Assembly: GCA_036785375.1 (NCBI GenBank)
Contig: JAWMAR010000060.1
Coordinates: 4,216,001-4,280,000 of the forward strand
Direction: 5' to 3'
DNA from: Leucoraja ocellata
Taxonomy: Eukaryota
Length of the DNA: 64,000 nucleotides
Program-made: the position numbers and the translations under genes
Shown here: piece by piece, positions 59,253 to 64,000 of the stretch
Numbering within the stretch: the stretch's first letter is position 1
Layout of the letters: each line of letters begins with the position of its first letter
The notes under the pieces: model-generated
What the model was told of the DNA's origin: nothing
What the model saw: only the letters and a program-made list of their open reading frames with translations
Databases searched by the model: none

Positions 59253-60530
59253 GGGGGGAAGGGGGGGGGGGGTGGGGTGGAAAGGAGAAATTGTAATTGT
59301 TAACTTCCAGTACTAAGTGCCATTATAACTTGTTTAATTGTATGTTAATTGGAATTGTTGTGGGGGTCATAAACATTTGTAGAAAATTCCCCTGATGATT
59401 TTACCTGCATTTGCCATTGAAACAAAAACATATTTCTAGCAAGATGTCAGCAAAAACAGATATGAAAGGAAAATTAATATTTTGTATTTTTATTAATATT
59501 CAACAGAGGTGATTTCTTGTGTAACCATATTTAGCAATGTTTTCAACAAGCAGAGTAAGATTTCCTTTATTTGCTTGATGTTTCTAGCAAAATTAGAAAT
59601 GTCTTATTTTTGAAGGTGATTACAATTTCATTAGAAATACCAATGAGAAGGAAATGTTTCTGCATTTGTCATGAGGTTGCTCTGCACAGCAGCCAAAGGA
59701 AATCATCCTCATTGGCTTTTGCTGTTAATTGTCATGCTGTTTCTTCTTGTTTGCCTGAGGCATAAACATCACAAAACAAAATGCCATTTATATCTTCTAT
59801 AATGTACAAAAAGGTGCAAGATTGGAATATAGTTGTGCCAAATGTCTCTTTTTTGCTTTTCATTTCCACTGATCAAACCTGGTAATAGCAATTCCTGACA
59901 AAATAAATCGTGCATCAATATGTTACCAAAATAATTAATGGAATTTGTATCAACAGACACGTACGAGAATGGATTCAAACTTCTAAGGATTTTACGATGA
60001 AAGGAACTAGCAGCATCTTAATTTGAGGAAATTGGCAGAATGAAGTGCACATTCTCATCTGGTCCTGAGTTTTATATTTCTTTACGAGGATGAGAAAAAG
60101 TGAATAGCTAATATCTAATTAAAATGTCAAAGGAAGAAAATATTGTATAGGCATAACATGCAACCTTCAAAACAGTGTGGAATATAATTTAATTCAAAGA
60201 TAGTGTACGATTAGCAATATTTTAATTGTTGCATGAGCACGTACACTCTGGGTGTTTGGATTTAAGATTTAATTTGAGTATTTACTCGGAAACTGGCTTC
60301 ATGGAGTATCAGTTAATAGAACTGCACTTTCCAACAGCAAACCAATAGGGTTATGAAAAATGTATAATAGCAAGAGTATAAAAGATGAATTGTAGGTTAT
60401 GTATTTTCAATGACTCAAATAGGCCTGGAGTGCTATTAACTATTTTGATAGAAACGGGTCCAAATTATTTTGAATTGGCATTTATTGTGTGTCATGAACA
60501 ATTCTGTTTTCAACTAAACGTCAAGCTTAT

Positions 60531-60819
60531 AAGCCCTGTCCCACGGTACGAGTTCATTCCAAGAGTTCTCCCGAGTTTGCCCTGATTCGAACTCGGAGAT
60601 TTACGGTAATGGCCACTCGTCGGTACTCGGGGCTCTCGTGGACACTTTTCAGCATGTTGAAAAATCTTCACGAGTCTTCCCGTGCTTACCTGCCGTTAGC
60701 GAGTCTTCCCGAGTACCGACGTACCCGCTACGTTCATTCTCCGTGCTTACCACAAGTTTGATTTTTTTTTTTAACTCGGGGATGCTCTTGGAATGAACTC
60801 GTACCGTGGGACAGGGCTT
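60531..60819. mobile_element. PIF/Harbinger-like MITE, family 2
   Basis: 35-bp perfect TIR AAGCCCTGTCCCACGGTACGAGTTCATTCCAAGAG; shares CCTGTCCCAC with family 1; flanks TAT / TAA. Confidence 0.82.
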
Positions 60820-62737
60820 TAAGTGAGTTGCAAGACTGAGCAGTTCTATGATAATATATTATTGCTGTCTATATAGATCCAATTATTTTGGTGAAAAACC
60901 TGATTTGAACAGGGGTCTGAAAATATATTTTAATTTTAATTTTTTATTTAATTTTGTGCCAATTTGATCTTGCATGTGGAAATCTGAGCATTAAGGAATT
61001 GTTCATTTCTGTACAATTTTCCATATGTTTTCACGTGGGAATTTGACTATATCATGCAATGGTAAAGCACATCTACACTCCAGTAGTTCAGAGTATGATC
61101 TGTGGCCGACGTACAATCTAAACTGTTAGAACAAATGGTAACTATTGGGAGGTTGGGATGACTTCATAAAACAGTGCAATACTTTAGTGCTTTATTAATG
61201 GGCGTTAGCTCCAAGACATTAATGATTTTTTTTCATGTTTTACATTTACAGTCTGTAAACCCTACACTATCTACTGTGAAACTCTGCTAACAAAAACCTA
61301 TGACTGTGTAGAGTTTCATGTTGATGAAAAGCCTTGGCTACACTTTAATGACATTATTTGACAATTGACACCATCAGACCACAAAGTCTGAAAGTAGATG
61401 TGGGGATATCTAATTGAATGATACAGCATAATAAAGTCTGCAAGAGACACACAGTTGTAACATAAGTAAACAAATACACACAGATCAGAATAAACAGGAA
61501 CATTTTTAATGAAATTCAAAACTCCTCTGACCATGGTCGATGCCCAGTCTTATGCCCACATATTTTTTATTTTCATTTAAAAGACACAAATTGATCATTT
61601 CTCTTCTGAAGTTTCCTTTATTTCATTGCCACAATCAATTAAGGAAATAAGCAAAAGTTATAATTGAAGTTGTGTAATATTGCCATTTATGAGAAGAAAT
61701 ACCATAACTTGTTCTCATCAGCAAAGCATTCCATTATATATGATGCTGAGCTTTGTGTGCTCATGACTTTGCTATGTCCAAACTGAATGTTTTGAATTTG
61801 TTGCTGATTTAGTATGTTAAATTCACATCATGCTAATTTTCATTTGTTTAGATTTCCTATGTGACCCTATGTGGATAAAAATCATTCTCTTTAAATTGTT
61901 TCCAAATAAATGGTGATGCCATCCTTCATTTAATTAAATTGCTTTGTAAAATGAGCTATTATTATCATCTTTTTGTTTTTTTCTTCACTGAAGAGTGGTA
62001 ACTTGTAGGGGGTATAGGTTTTGAACTTTCAGTCTTTCCACATTATAGGCTGATCTACAGTACTTCCATAATTACCACAGTTAAAATCTCAAAGGGTCCA
62101 CATTTCTGAAAACTATTTTCTTTGAGTACTTCAAGCATTATAAGCAAGAAAAAATAATGAGTTAGCTGACTTTCTTTGTAGAGCTGTTGGCCCCAGAGTA
62201 AGGTACACCAGCCTTATCAATTAATGGGGATAAGGGGCTCATTCAGTGTGATAGGAGCTCGATGCATGAGATAGGTCTTTGCTATTATCAGATAAGGCCT
62301 TTAACATATTTCCACATAGCAACTTGTCCAAAGGATAAGAGCCCATGGGGTCTAAGGCAATTTGGATGCAAAATTGTCTTGGTATAAACAACCTGGATGA
62401 GGGTGTCGGAAGCAGAGGGTGATGGTTGTTGTTTTTTTGTTGTTCTGTTGATCAGAAGCTTGCGAATAGTGGTGTAACCCTTATATACAAATGGCCTGGG
62501 TGTGACGTTAGGAAATATGATCAGTAAGTTCACAGATGCCACAGCAGCTGGTGGTGTTATGGACAGTGAGGAGGGTTGTCTTCAGTTGTTGAACAATATT
62601 GATCAGTTAGGAAGGAAATTGGCTGATGGAATTTAATTCTTTAAAAATGTGAGGTGTTATATTTTGAAAGGACCAGTAAGATAAAGCAAGGCAGGACTCT
62701 GAATAATTGAGGATCAGAAGGAACTTGATGTATTTAA

Positions 62738-63124
62738 AGGGCCTGTCCCACCAGCATACGACTGCATGAGGCAAGCGCGACCAAGCCGGAAGCGGGGGCC
62801 GCGCGGAGGTCGAGTGAGTGACGTGAAGTTCGAGCGAAGTCTGCAGGAAGTTCGCGTGTGACGTACGGCGTCAAGACGCTGCGTATGCCCGTCGAGGTGG
62901 TGCGTACGGCGTCGAGGCGGCTGCGGTCCGGCAGGCTGTTGCCGCGCAGAATTTTTGAACACTGTCAGTTTTCCGGAGCCCCGCGCGATGTCGGGACCAG
63001 CCCCGCACAACTCCATATGGCTCCAGCGATCGAAGTGGGAACGGCCTTGCGAGGCCGTACGGCTCAAGCCACCACGTTAGGTCGCGCTTGCCACATGCAG
63101 TCGCATGATCGTGGGACAGGCCCT
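62738..63124. mobile_element. PIF/Harbinger-like MITE, family 1, inverted relative to 11549-11966
   Basis: Same TIRs, flanks TAA / TTA; follows old CR1 RT remnants (about 62230-62735). Confidence 0.82.
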
Positions 63125-63132
63125 TTATATTT

Positions 63133-63365
63133 CTTAGAGATACAACATGGAAACAGTCTCTTCGGCCCACCAAGTCCACATGGACTATCAATCACCCATT
63201 CACACTTGTTCTATGTCACTCCACTTTCTCATCTGTTCCTGACTCAATAGGGGCAATTTACCAAAGCCAATTTAACCTCCAAACCCACATGTCTTTGGGA
63301 TGTGGGAGGGAACTGGAGCACCCACGTGGCCACAGGGAGAACATACAAACTGCACACAGAGGTGG
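63133..63365 (-). mobile_element. HE1-like SINE, partial
   Basis: GGAAACAGTCTCTTCGGCCCACCAAGTCC...GGGAGAACATACAAACT. Confidence 0.75.
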
Positions 63366-64000
63366 GATAGAAGGCAGAGTGTGTGGAAATGCGATTAATA
63401 TGCATGGGTACTTGACAGCTGCCATGGACTTTGCAGGCAAAGATTCTGTTTCCAGGCTTTATACTCCATGGCTCTATTATGTAGATTATGCTAACAAGCT
63501 TTCAGAAGCCAGTCACGATAAGCATTCCTTCACAATCCTTAGCATCTATCCTATGGGGGTAAACATTCTGCATAACTTGATCCAACCTAAGATTCTACCC
63601 TATCAGTTGCTGGGATGTGACTTTACAATCTCAAACTCGCCAAACCGACGAATAAATCTGCAGATTTTTATATGATTTGCCATTCTCTCGTATGCTAATT
63701 ATGCAGCTACATAAAAAGGTGGCTGCGAAGGAGAGAGATGAACTTGTCCAGAATATCAATATCACATAATTTATCCTATTTCTAGGCATATCCCTTAAGT
63801 GTGAAATTCAATTTGATGACCTCTATGCATGAAGTGCAGTCAGATACATTTTTCTCTTCTGATTTTTAAAACCCAATTCTTGTATTTCCTGGTAGTCATG
63901 ATGCTGCTCTTATTGTAAGTTATTAATGATTTACAATAGACTTTAAAGATTTATCTTGAGGTTATACAAATATTGTAGAATTCATAAGCATCTAAGTCCA

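Overview
Eukaryotic, AT-rich, repeat-dense genomic DNA. The repeat families (HE1-like V-SINEs, CR1 LINEs with skate/shark-type 3' tails, Deu-domain SINE remnants) point to a cartilaginous fish, probably a skate or ray; this is an inference. No complete host protein-coding gene is visible. The window looks like introns of a large gene, with a few weakly supported plus-strand micro-exon candidates. All long recognisable ORFs are retrotransposon ORF2 remnants (CR1, Rex1/Babar) or a broken Tc1 transposase. DNA transposon derivatives include PIF/Harbinger-like, hAT-like and P-like MITEs and a cluster of non-autonomous Helitrons. The most notable signal is three short retroelements, each flanked by a target-site duplication (TSD) and each beginning with a predicted self-cleaving ribozyme fold: (1) a 138-bp element (9825-9962, minus) starting exactly at a minimal HDV/CPEB3-like ribozyme; (2) a 308-bp RTE-derived element (16841-17148) with an HDV-like pseudoknot; (3) a 132-bp Penelope-derived element (10994-11125, minus) with a minimal hammerhead core. 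Folds were derived by hand and activity is untested. Five assembly gaps lie between 52.5 and 55.0 kb. Boundaries of old repeats are approximate.
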